A model generated the notes under the pieces. It searched no databases. It saw nothing but the letters and a program-made list of their open reading frames with translations, and was not told the origin of the DNA. A program made the position numbers and the translations under genes. From Octopus bimaculoides (lineage: Eukaryota): a stretch of DNA of 64,000 nt. Each line of letters begins with the position of its first letter. The first letter of the stretch is position 1. The stretch is taken from contig NC_068997.1 of the NCBI RefSeq assembly GCF_001194135.2, positions 10,987,021 through 11,051,020 of the forward strand, written 5' to 3'. Shown here one piece after another: positions 1-11,950 of this stretch.

Positions 1-70
<70 letters not shown>
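1..70. repeat. (TA)n followed by (TG)n microsatellite
   Basis: Directly visible. Confidence 0.97.
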
Positions 71-74
<4 letters not shown>

Positions 75-1087
75 TGTGAAACGATAGGCATTGAGATTTA
101 TTACGTGAGTGGAAGACCACTGAGAATTCAAATGACATGACTTCTAGGCTACCTAAGGTGGCATCTAAGCTAGTTCTTGCCAATGTGTTATAATTCACTC
201 TATGTCCGATGATGAAAAATCATTGTATCCCACTCGCTGTAGACATAAATACCGTTATATCTATTATCCTAGTTTCTGAGACATGAAACGTTTTGTTAAC
301 TTAATAGGTTTCTTGTAATGAGACTTCTTGTGACAAGAGAAATTAAATAGTGACACCTTGAAGGGAAATATATCATAGACTTATTTAACGCATTTAAGTT
401 TGCTTCAAGAGACAACAGAATAAATGTTCAAGACCTGGATACAGCCTAAAGCATTTCTTCAGTTTTGCCCTGGACCGTAACAGCAGTTCTCTAGTTCGCT
501 TCTATCCATTATATAAGCGCTCGCACATGTGTATGTGTGCTTGTGTGAGCTTGCTTTGTGTATTTGGCCGTGTGTGTGTGTATGCATAAATATATGTATG
601 TATATGTGTATGCATAAATATATATTGCATATATAGTTAATGTATACCACATTAAATATATGTATATAATTTAAACAAACCTCGTAAATTTGATATCGCA
701 TAATGTATTTCTTTCTATCACTGAATATGTGAGTAACAATAGAGATAAAACTGTTAATCCATTACGGTCATTTCTAACGACTCTTTTAATTGTTTAATGA
801 AAACATTACGTCGTTATAAAGAAACCGTTTTTCATCAGATGAATTCATGAACTTGAAAATAAAGGACATTCAGAAGGATTTAACATAATTCAAAATCCAC
901 GGAGCAAAACATTTTCAGGGATTCTGGTACTATTTCAGTTACTCGTAATTTATCCACCTGTTTCGGAATCTGCCTTTCGTAAATTATGGACGGCATATTT
1001 AATATAATGTATAATAGCTCAAGACCGGATGTCTTTAGGCCTTTCTGAATATATTTCGATTTGCGGATATATACTGAAGATATATAA

Positions 1088-1252
1088 TAGTGTAACTTTT
1101 TCTGGTAATTTATTTCAGATTTCTATCAATAGTAAAACGTGTTCTTTAGTATCAGAAATAATAACGCAGGCAGCGTCACGGATCGATTTCAAGGCAATTT
1201 TCCATTGTGTTTGATAGAAATCTGAAATAAATTACCAGAAAATGTTACGCTA
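1088..1252. repeat. Inverted repeat / foldback: perfect 32-bp arms 1098-1129 and 1211-1242, 81-nt spacer
   Basis: ttttctggtaatttatttcagatttctatcaa is the exact reverse complement of ttgatagaaatctgaaataaattaccagaaaa; pairing extends about 10 bp further with mismatches. Confidence 0.9.
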
Positions 1253-2756
1253 TATATCTGCATTGATCTAATTCAACTACGGTAACGAGTATATATATAT
1301 ATATATATATNNNNNNNNNNNNNNNNNNNNNNNNNNNNNNNNNNNNNNNNNNNNNNNNNNNNNNNNNNNNNNNNNNNNNNNNNNNNNNNNNNNNNNNNNN
1401 NNNNNNNNNNNNNNNNNNNNNNNNNNNNNNNNNNNNNNNNNNNNNNNNNNNNNNNNNNNNNNNNNNNNNNNNNNNNNNNNNNNNNNNNNNNNNNNNNNNN
1501 NNNNNNNNNNNNNNNNNNNNNNNNNNNNNNNNNNNNNNNNNNNNNNNNNNNNNNNNNNNNNNNNNNNNNNNNNNNNNNNNNNNNNNNNNNNNNNNNNNNN
1601 NNNNNNNNNNNNNNNNNNNNNNNNNNNNNNNNNNNNNNNNNNNNNNNNNNNNNNNNNNNNNNNNNNNNNNNNNNNNNNNNNNNNNNNNNNNNNNNNNNNN
1701 NNNNNNNNNNNNNTATATATATATATATATATATATATATTTAAGGATTTACTTTTCATAACGAGATAAAAAACAGAGTCTGGGCATAGTATAGAACATT
1801 TATAAATAGAAGGCCTTACGGCTGTTTCCACGATATTTATTATATCTCTTCGTCGGAGACGGTGTGAGAGGATGGTTAAGCAATAATCGCATAATCACCG
1901 AACCTGGAGCTTCACTATGGTCTATCCATAGCACTTACTCAGCATTACCTGAAACATCTGGGTCTAATTGACACCACTATTGCTCATAACCTATATATAT
2001 ATATATATGTATTATCCGGTCTTAAACAGAGAAATCATGTTCGCTTTAAATATCCATAAATTGAAACATATTCAGAAAGGCCTATACTCTTTTCTTTATG
2101 AACATTTCAATATCAAAATGTATAGGACAGACAGGATTTTACGTTGACATTTTCAAAAAAAAAACAACAAAAAAAAACCATCGTTTCCGATTTCAATTCT
2201 TATAGGATGCTCTACTCATGCTAAATCAGAAATTTTTATTCATTCACAAATGTTTCCCGCTTACTCAATATTCTAATTTTGTACATTATGCTTGAGAGGG
2301 GTTTTAAGATTTTATAAAACTTTATAGAAGTTTCGTGAAGAACATTCTTTAATTTCGTGCAGATATCCAAGTGAATGCATGAAATGAATGAATTTCTAAA
2401 AGTATGCCATGTGGATACCGAAACAAATTATACTCATGCCTGATGAACACTATAAGATATTTTGATTCGTTCAAAGCAAGTTCTACGCAGAAAAATCTCT
2501 TATGTTAGTATGGCTATCTTCATTGGAGGCAAAAATGCAAAAGAAAAATGATTGTTCTAAAAGAAAATTGAAGGAGAAAACAACTTCAAAAAATGGCTTG
2601 TGATTCTTTCATTTCCTTGAAGCCAAATCTACTGAATCATATAGTAATTACATAGAAGAAGAAAAAAAGGACAAATTATCCGCCGCATCAGTGAAGAAAT
2701 ATACGTACTGTAGTCCAGAAATAGCACAGTGACAAATAGAGAAACATGGATGTCGA

Positions 2757-2759
<3 letters not shown>

Positions 2760-2798
<39 letters not shown>

Positions 2799-2848
2799 NN
2801 NNNNNNNNNNNNNNNNNNNNNNNNNNNNNNNNNNNNNNNNNNNNNNNN

Positions 2849-2914
<66 letters not shown>
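2760..2914. repeat. (TA)n, gap, (GA)n microsatellites
   Basis: Directly visible. Confidence 0.95.
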
Positions 2915-2915
<1 letters not shown>

Positions 2916-3264
2916 GCACAGGAGTGGTTGTGTTGTAAGTAATCTGCTTACCAAGTACATGGTTCCGTGTTCAATCCCACTGCGTGACACCTTGGGCAAG
3001 TATCTTTTAATCTAACCTCTGGCGGACCAAGGCCTTGTGAGTGGATTTGGTAGACGGAAATTGTGTCTCTTCCCAACCATTGCTTGGCAACCGATGTTGG
3101 TATGTTTACGTTCACGTAACCTAGCGGCTCGGCAAAAAAAGGCCGATAGAATAAGTACTAGGCTTACAAGGAATATGCCCTGGGGTCGATTTGCTCGACT
3201 ATAAAGGTGGTGCTCCAGCATGGCCGCAGTCAAATGACTGAAACAAGTAAAAGAGTAAAAGAGT
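2915..3264 (+). mobile_element. tRNA-derived SINE, family A (head ggcacaggagtgg)
   Basis: Pol III A-box-like ggcacaggagtggttgtgttgtaag and B-box-like ggttccgtgttcaatccc; short repeated tail aaacaagtaaaagagtaaaagagt; 3' half recurs at 38290-38460 and the head at 13785-13820. Confidence 0.85.
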
Positions 3265-3284
3265 AATAACAAGAGCAATAATAA

Positions 3285-3400
3285 TTACCCGAAAATGGAT
3301 CTGGTATTAATCTTTGTCCCTTATGGGTGAGGCTCCTTTCAACATCTGTTGCAACAATTTTGCTGTCTGAGTCTCATCAGGTACCTCTATACAAAAAGTG
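3285..3400 (-). mobile_element. Interspersed repeat copy 1 (Penelope-like terminal repeat candidate, internally deleted)
   Basis: Reverse complement aligns collinearly to 3880-4015 (tagaggtacctgatgagac...aaagattaatacca.atccat) but lacks the ~40-nt segment containing GAGTCGAAA; the Penelope link is inference. Confidence 0.45.
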
Positions 3401-3879
3401 GGTCTGATTGTCTGCTAACTACTCCAGTATCGAGGCAAGCGTGACGACACACGACTCATGAGGTTATCTTCTACCATGAATTATACCAAGTACAGCTGCA
3501 ATTGACCGGATGGTGGGTGAGCCACTTCTCCTGTATGAGTACGTGTACGAGCGAAAGTGTGTGTGTGTGTATGTGTGTATACGCATTCTGATCTAAGCTA
3601 GCTGGCTAAACAACATTTTGTCCCCTTCCTTCCTTTAATACCATTCCTCTATATTAAACCCAATGAAACTCAATTCCATCTCTATCCATCCATTAAAGGC
3701 CCCTACGAACTTTTTTTTGTCAACAATTATTTGTCCATATTTACAAGTGTCTGCAACTCTTATTCAAAAAGATAACAGTAATAGAATATTGTTGTGATTC
3801 TTCTTTCACTAACCAGGCGGGAATATACTAGCATCACAGACAAAAGTCAGGATCTTTAGTGAGATAGAAACCTTTATTT

Positions 3880-4015
3880 ATAGAGGTACCTGATGAGACC
3901 CAGACTGCAAAATTGATGCACATGTTGGAAGGAGTCCCTCCCATTAGAGACAGTAGCAAGATGAGTCGAAATGACCTTTGTACAAAATAAAGATTAATAC
4001 CAAATCCATCTTCCC
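3880..4015 (+). mobile_element. Interspersed repeat copy 2 with hammerhead-like core (Penelope-like terminal repeat candidate)
   Basis: CTGATGA 3890-3896, stem II gaccca/tgagtc, GAAA 3968-3971, stem I gtac/gtac (3886-3889/3980-3983). Confidence 0.45.
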
Positions 4016-4028
4016 ATTACTTAAGGAA

Positions 4029-4029
<1 letters not shown>

Positions 4030-4105
<76 letters not shown>
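4030..4105. repeat. (TTA)n microsatellite
   Basis: Directly visible. Confidence 0.97.
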
Positions 4106-4537
4106 GACTGAGAGAGCAGTGCATGCCATCAAAGTGACACTGGGGTAAAATATACGAAGCCCAATATACCCATCATGACTACCTTTCTGTTAAGTGTACA
4201 CCAGTCATATGCATCACAACCATATGTTGGCGACATGTTGATCTCATATCAAGATAAACCGCGCATGACCTCGTAGGTGGGGCCATGTTAGAATTTTCTT
4301 CAGGTCGAGTAGCCCATCCCGCTCAAAAGGTCCCCGAATAAGGTTTGTTTAAGGGTGTTGAGCAAAACACCCATCTTTCCAAAGGTGAATTATTGAAACC
4401 CCAAATAATTCCTCTCAACACATAGTTATGATGCTCCCGCACTACTTCTGCTCATGATCAGAGATGCACATATCCTCAGAGATGCACATATCCTCAGAGA
4501 TGCAGACATCGTCAGAGATGCACATATCGTCAGCCAC
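4103..4537 (-). mobile_element. (TAA)n-anchored non-coding interspersed repeat
   Basis: 4103-4265 is the reverse complement homologue of 14861-15024; both copies end at ...gcatgcactgctctctc.stcaat immediately against a TAA tract. Confidence 0.8.
4458..4535. repeat. 18-bp tandem repeat x4 (tcagagatgcacatatcc/g) inside the interspersed repeat
   Basis: Units at 4458, 4476, 4494, 4512. Confidence 0.92.
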
Positions 4538-5261
4538 CAATTTCTTGATTTCAAAATAGAACAGATAACAAAATAAATAGCGTAATACTATGGAAAGTAG
4601 AATTCTATTTCACTCGAAACGCAATTCACATACAAAATCATGCCAACGCATACTTCTAACACAATCTCGGGAACACAATCTCGGAACTGTCCTACCAAAA
4701 CCTGTCATTTATCACCATTATGAAATCATATAAATGAAGAACGCAAATGTACTTTAACAAACGTCAAAACGCCACAATATAATAACGCAACAATCACCAA
4801 TATTCACGTTACAGTGCGTACATTAAAAAATCGTTATAGACGCGTCTTATATATAGCACGATAAAGAAATAAAAATCGCACACATCATATATAATTTCCA
4901 ATACACACCAGAACTAGGAATCTTCATCAAAACCAGAGAAACCCCAGGTAGCAACGAGCAATAGGTAAACAACGGAAGGAACCTGGAAAAACCTGGCAAA
5001 GCGTTACCTCCAGTGTAATCCATAATACTGAGAGTAAAAGAGGTTATAGAATAATTAGCTGCATCACTGACGATGACGGCGGTAATTCACGTTGTTTGTG
5101 ATAATTCAAATTGTAAGTAATGTAATCGCACTCGAAGCAACAACATCTATCAACTTGGTTCTCATTCACATCAACTTATAGAAACGAAAAAAAACAAAAC
5201 AAAACAAAAGCGATAAGTTGCGGAATCATAATCTAAATTTGGTAACACTGCAGTTCCTGCT

Positions 5262-5740
5262 TCTGTTGGCACTCCGTCGCTTACGACGTCGAGGGTTCCA
5301 ATCGATCCGATCAACGGAACTGCCTCCTCGTAAAATTACCCTGGACAGTACAAAGGCTAATGAAACGATTAAAACCTCCGCGCGAGGGATTTACAGGTTG
5401 CTTCACATTTAAATGATTTCTTGTTGAACATTGGATGAAGTTATTCAATCATGTATTCAGACACGTGTACCCTTAACGTAGTTCTAGGGATATTCAGCGT
5501 GACACAGTGTGACAAGGCTGGCCCTTTGAAATACAGGTACAACAGAAACAGAAAGAAAGAGTGAGAGAAAGTTGTGGTGGAAGAGTACAGCAGGGTTCGC
5601 CACCATCCCCTGGCGGAGCCTCGTGGAGCTTTTAGGTGTTTTCGCTCAATAAACACTCACAACGCCCGGTCTGGGAATCGAAACCACGATCCTATGACCG
5701 CGAGTCCGCTGCCCTGACCACTGGGCCATTGCGCCTCCAC
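5262..5740 (-). mobile_element. tRNA-derived SINE, family B, interrupted by a 121-bp insertion at 5335-5455
   Basis: Head gtggaggcgcaatggcccagtggtcagggcagcggactcgcggtcataggatcgtggtttcgattccc has A and B boxes; the 3' end (5262-5334) matches the tail of the fragment at 13700-13785. Confidence 0.85.
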
Positions 5741-6067
5741 CACAGTTCCTGCAATATAAGGTAAAATACATGAATGAAACCATTGCTTCAAAAAGAAGAA
5801 AAACTGAAACGAAACAGAAGGGCCTCACAAATACCCATTGGAATAATTATGCAATTGACCACCAATAATTAAATGTACGCTCCACTCCACATTTTGAAAT
5901 AAACAGAAGACAAAGTACGCAACAGAATATTAATCACATTTAATATTAAGGGAAATATATAAGAAGTAATTTTTGTTTAAATAAAAAAAAAATAATGTGC
6001 GACTAAAACATAATCAGTAAGCATGGATGAACGGAGATCTTTACTTAAATTACGGTGAAATAAATAT

Positions 6068-6188
6068 TACATGATTGAATAACTTCATCCAATGTTCAAC
6101 AAGAAATCATTTAAATGTGAAGCAACCTGTAAATCCCTCGCGGGGAGGTTTTAATCGTTTCATTAGCCTTTGTACTGTCGAGGGTAAT
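6068..6188 (+). repeat. Donor copy of a 121-bp inverted duplication (partner 5335-5455)
   Basis: 119/121 identity to the reverse complement of 5335-5455. Confidence 0.95.
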
Positions 6189-9100
6189 CGATTTACACCT
6201 GAACATATAAAACTCTACTCAGCCAATCAATACCTAATGAAATCAGTGACGACGAAACATTGTATAACATTGATAATAAATATGAACATATATAGCTACG
6301 TAGAGAAGAATATCGAAGAACATAAAAATAAATGATTAAAAAAAAAAGAATCATGGAAAAATATAACATCATTATAAAAAAAATACATCCTGAAGTGAAA
6401 CGAATACTTTAGCAAATTATTTCCACAAAGCGATCTCAGAAGAGACGTTTTGAAGGCATGTGGTCTTCTTCTTTCAGATGAATTAGATATTTCAAGTAAA
6501 TTCCGAAACGCAGTTTTAGGGTATGTCAATAAACAATATTATAACACTGTCTTCATTGGATGTTGAAGCATACTGAGAAAAGATACTGGCTTAAATATAT
6601 TCAGTACTATGAAAAAAAAAAGAAAGAAAGAAAGAAACCTAGCAATACTATTACCCTCTAGGTATACAATAATTAGTGTGAAAATGAGAAACACGATAAA
6701 AGATTTCAATCAACTTAATCTCGCTTGGAAGTGGTTAAGTTTCACATTCTCCGAGAATATCTAATCAGTCTTCATGAATTTATAGCAACGTTATTCAAGG
6801 AATTAATGAAAAGACCATAATTATCACTTGATTGGTAAGAGGAAAGGAAATTAAAATTGTTTCCACCAAAACAAGAATCCTATGAACCTTATGATAAAAA
6901 AAAATAGTTATCTTTACTTGTATCTCCAAAACAACGACAGCCCATACGTCAATATACCATTATTAACTGGCGGAAAACTAATAACATCTTTCGCTATGTG
7001 GCGAAATGATGGCAAAAATAATTGCGTAGCTGTAAAGGGCAGTTAGTGGTGGTTTTTGGCAATAATTTAACACAGGATGAAGAAAAAATATCTTATGCCA
7101 AGTCATGAATACAGCAAAGTTTTTAATTATATACTTCTTTCCTTCATATTGAAAAACTACAAATAATTTATAAACGTGCAGCTGTAACTCTTTATATGGA
7201 GCACCTGTGTCGATACATATATCTTAACTGGGAAAACAAACAAAATAAAAATAAAGGAAATAAAATTCTCTACACAGAGAATAAAATAAATACATCAGAT
7301 AAACCTTATTTCTTATCCTCATCGGTATTGTTTTGACTCTAATTAGAAATTTGCTGCTGAAAACCGTCTATAGTTTATGAATACAATAGTTGTTTTATAT
7401 ATCATTTGCTTTTAACTTGCAAACGAAAACGTCCAGTTGGAGAAAGTGATATATTCATTCATGAAATTATTAAAGGTATATGAAAGAATATGATGCTACA
7501 GAAATTTACAAAACACTCAAAGAATAGGTAAAGTACTAGAGATTGAGAACATGCAAGTAAGTCAAAACATGGACTCAGAGAAACATCCTTGTGGCTAACT
7601 TATTGAAAATGTAACATAAATGAGGGAACATTAAAAACGTGTACGAGAGAAGACCAAGAAAATGTTTAAAATTGAAATCATTTCAGAAGATAACACCTAG
7701 AAATAAACTACCTGTTTTAGTCACAATCTACTGATTCAACATAATAAATTGTAAGTTAAGTGAATTGAAGTGCTTAGACAAGTAAACTAGAGGAGTAATA
7801 ACAACGTTTCCAAGTCCATTAGTGTAAATCCGATATAAATATGATACAAGTATGCTATAAAATGAAGTGCAAAGACTGACAGAGAGAACCATTACAAAGT
7901 AACGACTATGTGTCTAGGATACTTCTTAGAATGAAGGAATGTGAAGCAGATTACTATGATATAGAAATATGAAGGACAAATAAACAAAAAGAAATAAAAT
8001 AACTGAAACAATAGACTAAAAACTAAAAAGTTTGTTCATATTTCATTGATCCGAATGCTTCAGAAAAACAAAAGCAAAAACAACAATGAAGGCAAATATA
8101 AGAGAAAACAAAGTGAAAATAAAACTGAAAGATATACAAAAGAGAACAAAGGAAAGAAAACGCAATCTCTAGCCTACGTTCTATAAGACTCGACAGAGAC
8201 AAAATAAGAGAACATCAGTTACAATGTTATTAATTATTTCTGGACTAAACTTAGAAAAAGAAAATGTGTTGTGACCTGCACTGGATCAGAAAAGATATCG
8301 CAAATTATAATAAGAGAATTATGAAACTACCAGCAACGTATGGTTTATATTTGGCCGTGTAGTTATTATATGTTTTTGTAATCTCATGTTTTTAAGTTCA
8401 TCCCTGTTGTGTAGCATATTTTTCAAACAATTTCCACGATACTGTTGGGGTGAGCAATGGCTTGTGAGTGGAAATGTAAGGAGGATTAAGCAGTTATTCA
8501 ATAAAACACCATAAACCGAACACTTGCTTCTTGTAAACAAACATGGAGCAGATGAATATGAGAAGGAGAAAGCTTTAAACTTCCAAATTTAAATACAGAT
8601 GAAAAATATATTTTTTTTATGTATCACAACACACGTAACACTATTTGTATTACACTGTTAGCACCCAATACTATCATACAACTCAGGCTGCTCGAATGCA
8701 ACAGTGTTACAATACATTTCAAAAACACTTATCTACATAGTACACAGATGGCATGGTAAAATATCACAACTTTAGTAACACCAAGACAAAGTAAAGCTGA
8801 TCTTACTTGCCATACCTTTCAAATGGTGTACTGTAAATGTTCAAATGAAGTTTACATAAAATTTTAAATAATAGATCACACAAATTAAGGAATTTTGTTC
8901 TTACCGTTAATATTCATTTTCTTTCTATTTCTTAATGTGCTACGGCATCGGAAATAATCTGAAATGATTATTTTTATGTGTGGAAGATAAATATCATTAG
9001 CCTAGTTATTATAAAGAACTCGCGTAAAAAAAATAGACAAAAGAATAAAATGTCAGCCATTAGAGGGAAAGGCACTCGATGGATTAGAAACAGTGTATTA

Positions 9101-9356
9101 GAATGAATCACCATTTAGTGTTAAACGGTATTTTGCACTGTCCTAGTTAGAGTTTGTATTTTAAGATTTTAGCATATGAAATTGATTTGATGGGCCAGGG
9201 AGGTGAGTTCGCACTGAAGGTGATGTGATTGACTGATACTCTATCTCGAAATTTAAAGCACTGTGCTTATAGTAGGAACAATATGAAACATCAAAAGAAA
9301 TAAGAAAAGTCATTGTTCGAAGCTCTAGCGCTTCACATGGTGTCAATAATAATAAT

Positions 9357-9450
9357 TCTTTCTACTATCGGCAGAAGGCCAAAATTATTTTGGGGGCAGG
9401 ATAATAATTGATTACACCATCCGTAGGGCGCGCAGTTACTTATTTTACCG
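9357..9450 (-). mobile_element. Degenerate 3' fragment of SINE family C
   Basis: ctttctactatcggcagaaggccaaaatt...gggggcag...gattacacc resembles the family C tail at 26232-26290 and 32200-32260. Confidence 0.5.
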
Positions 9451-10614
9451 CCTCTTTATTATGAAATAGCAGTTTCTTAAAAATCATTATGACGTTATCA
9501 TAACTTAATGACTTAGATAGAAACATTTAATGAAATGCGAATCAGTACATATTTTGTATCATTTGATTCTCTCTTCGAATACCCTTTGACCTGCGTCAAA
9601 AGACAAATGCAGGATCACGCATCCATTCTGTATATGCAGTCAAATATATGTATCTACATCTGATATTAATACAACTAATACCCAGTCTCCATTTTCAGAG
9701 ACGGCATCTTTATAAGTATTTTTCTTTTGAAATGCACACATTCCTGTCAATAGCAAAGATGTTATAAACGATTGAATATATTACGTCACTTTCATAATCT
9801 AACTTCTACTTATGAACTTCGGTTTGTTGGAAAAATTACAAAATAATCTACTCACATTTCACATCTTGCATCATGCCAGAGATAATTTGAAGATAAGTTC
9901 TATCATTTTTAAAGGATCTGAGCCATTCATCGATCTGGATCAAAATAGTTGCCAACGTACTGCAAATTCCTTAATTAACCAAAAACTACTGAACATTTCT
10001 TTATTGTTATATGCATTTGTGAAAAAAGAAAACCAATTGCCTCGTTTTGCATAATTGGTGTAAATGGGCTATAGTATTTGAAATAAAATATAGTATGGAG
10101 TCTAATTTGCTGTGCAGTTATAAATGCGAATTGAAGACAGCAGAATCAATTTCAAATATATCACCATATAAATTCATTAAAGTCGAAACATAAAGCATTC
10201 TATGAAACTAGTAAAATTTGAAATCTTGACATGAATAAACGGCGTAGAAAAGGTCGATGATTATAATGGCCAAAATCATAAGTTATTACAATGACACCTA
10301 GCGCACAGAAGTTTAAATAAAAAGAAGGAAGAGTGAAAAGCATTTGAAAATGATTTAATCTCGTTTCAAAAGACGAAAATATACACACATACGCAAACTC
10401 ATGCACACACACACAAACATGTATATACTATATATATATATGTCTATATATATGTGCATATGTGTTTGTGCATATGTGTATGTTTGTGAGTTTTGGTGTG
10501 TTGGCTGATGTATGTAAGTTTTTGCTTAAATTTGTATTCCTGAAGCCGAGTAAAAAAATTCGAAAAACATTTTGATTTGAATAATGTATTTATAAATTTA
10601 TAAATTATTAGTAA

Positions 10615-10616
<2 letters not shown>

Positions 10617-10686
<70 letters not shown>

Positions 10687-10703
10687 CTCTCTCTATCTAT
10701 CTA

Positions 10704-10742
<39 letters not shown>

Positions 10743-10750
10743 GCATGTCT
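10617..10750. repeat. (TCTA)n/(TCTG)n microsatellite
   Basis: Directly visible. Confidence 0.95.
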
Positions 10751-11830
10751 GTCTAACTATCTATAAATAAGATTCAATAAGCATGAACAGCTCGGGAAAG
10801 AAGCATTTCTTCGTCCATAGAAGATATCACGTTTCATTTGGTTAATGGATTTTCAATATCATTTACAATAAAGGGATTGTTACTAATTAATTAAAATGCT
10901 AAATAGATAATTCTCAAAAAGAAATAACATTAGACTAATGGATACTCTTATTTTAATATACTTCAGTTTAAATTCTAAAAATTGAAAGTTCAATATAGTA
11001 TTTAAATATTCATTGAGTACTTAAACATAATGATTTCAATTTATCGAAAGTTGACGATTTTAAAGAATATGCCACGCTTCGTTTACGTAAAAGATGTCAA
11101 TATATTTTAAATGGCATATAAAGTTATTAATATTGGTTTCAAATATTGGTACAAGACCAGCAATTTCGATGGAGGGGATATGTTCATTACATCGATCTCA
11201 TTGGTCAGATGCTATTTATTTTATCGGTCACGAAGGGATCAAGCGGAAAGTCGAAACAAGCTATGCAAAATAATCTGCTCTCGTGACAACATTTTCTGAT
11301 AGAAATACGAGAAACATACATTAATCTATATATTGCTTATCAAAACCTTTTCTCACCCTTATGAACATTTTCCAAGATGCTCTTACTAGTTTGCGTTTAT
11401 GCATTAACGCATCCCGTTTCACTACATCAAAAATATTCCCAATGTAATTAATTATCCCCAATCAGTAACTTCATTATAGGAAATTTATTTATTATCTGTT
11501 TTTGTAATACATATACCTCTTTGTCTTAGTGTTATATCTATTACCCTGTACATCTACGAGTCGTATTTTATTCAATTTTGTCACGTTTTTAACACGTTTC
11601 TTAGTTTTTAGTCAACGATCAAACGTTTTAACCCACAGATTTTATAAATTTTAAATTCCATAACCACCAGTTCTGATAGCTTTTAATGTTTATGTGATTA
11701 GTTACAAATAGTTATCATTTCACATTTATAAACATTTATAGACCTTCCTTCTGTTCTTAAAGCTCATTTCAGTCTGATGACAGCCTATGTGAACTATGGA
11801 TTTGTGAAATACTTTAGCTTCAATAAAACA

Positions 11831-11831
<1 letters not shown>

Positions 11832-11885
<54 letters not shown>

Positions 11886-11950
11886 NNNNNNNNNNTATAT
11901 ATATATATATATATATATATCTGTCTGTCTGTCTGTCTGTCTATCTGTCT
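11832..11950. repeat. (TCTA)n, (TA)n, (TCTG)n compound microsatellite with small gap
   Basis: Directly visible. Confidence 0.95.

Noticed and set aside
4458-4535. Regularly spaced repeats suggestive of a CRISPR array
   Set aside because: Head-to-tail tandem units with no spacers, in eukaryotic DNA with no cas genes
5670-5740. tRNA-like sequences (also 2915-2990, 26370-26438, 37094-37170, 37560-37630)
   Set aside because: They are SINE heads: they continue into shared SINE bodies and lack a closing acceptor stem
7430-8320. Strongly A/purine-biased stretch resembling a LINE ORF1 relic
   Set aside because: No recognisable motif survives translation; composition alone is not enough
8808-8831. 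24-nt minus-strand micro-exon reading TPFERYGK, like an amidated neuropeptide
   Set aside because: Weak acceptor, too short, and no precursor context; expected by chance
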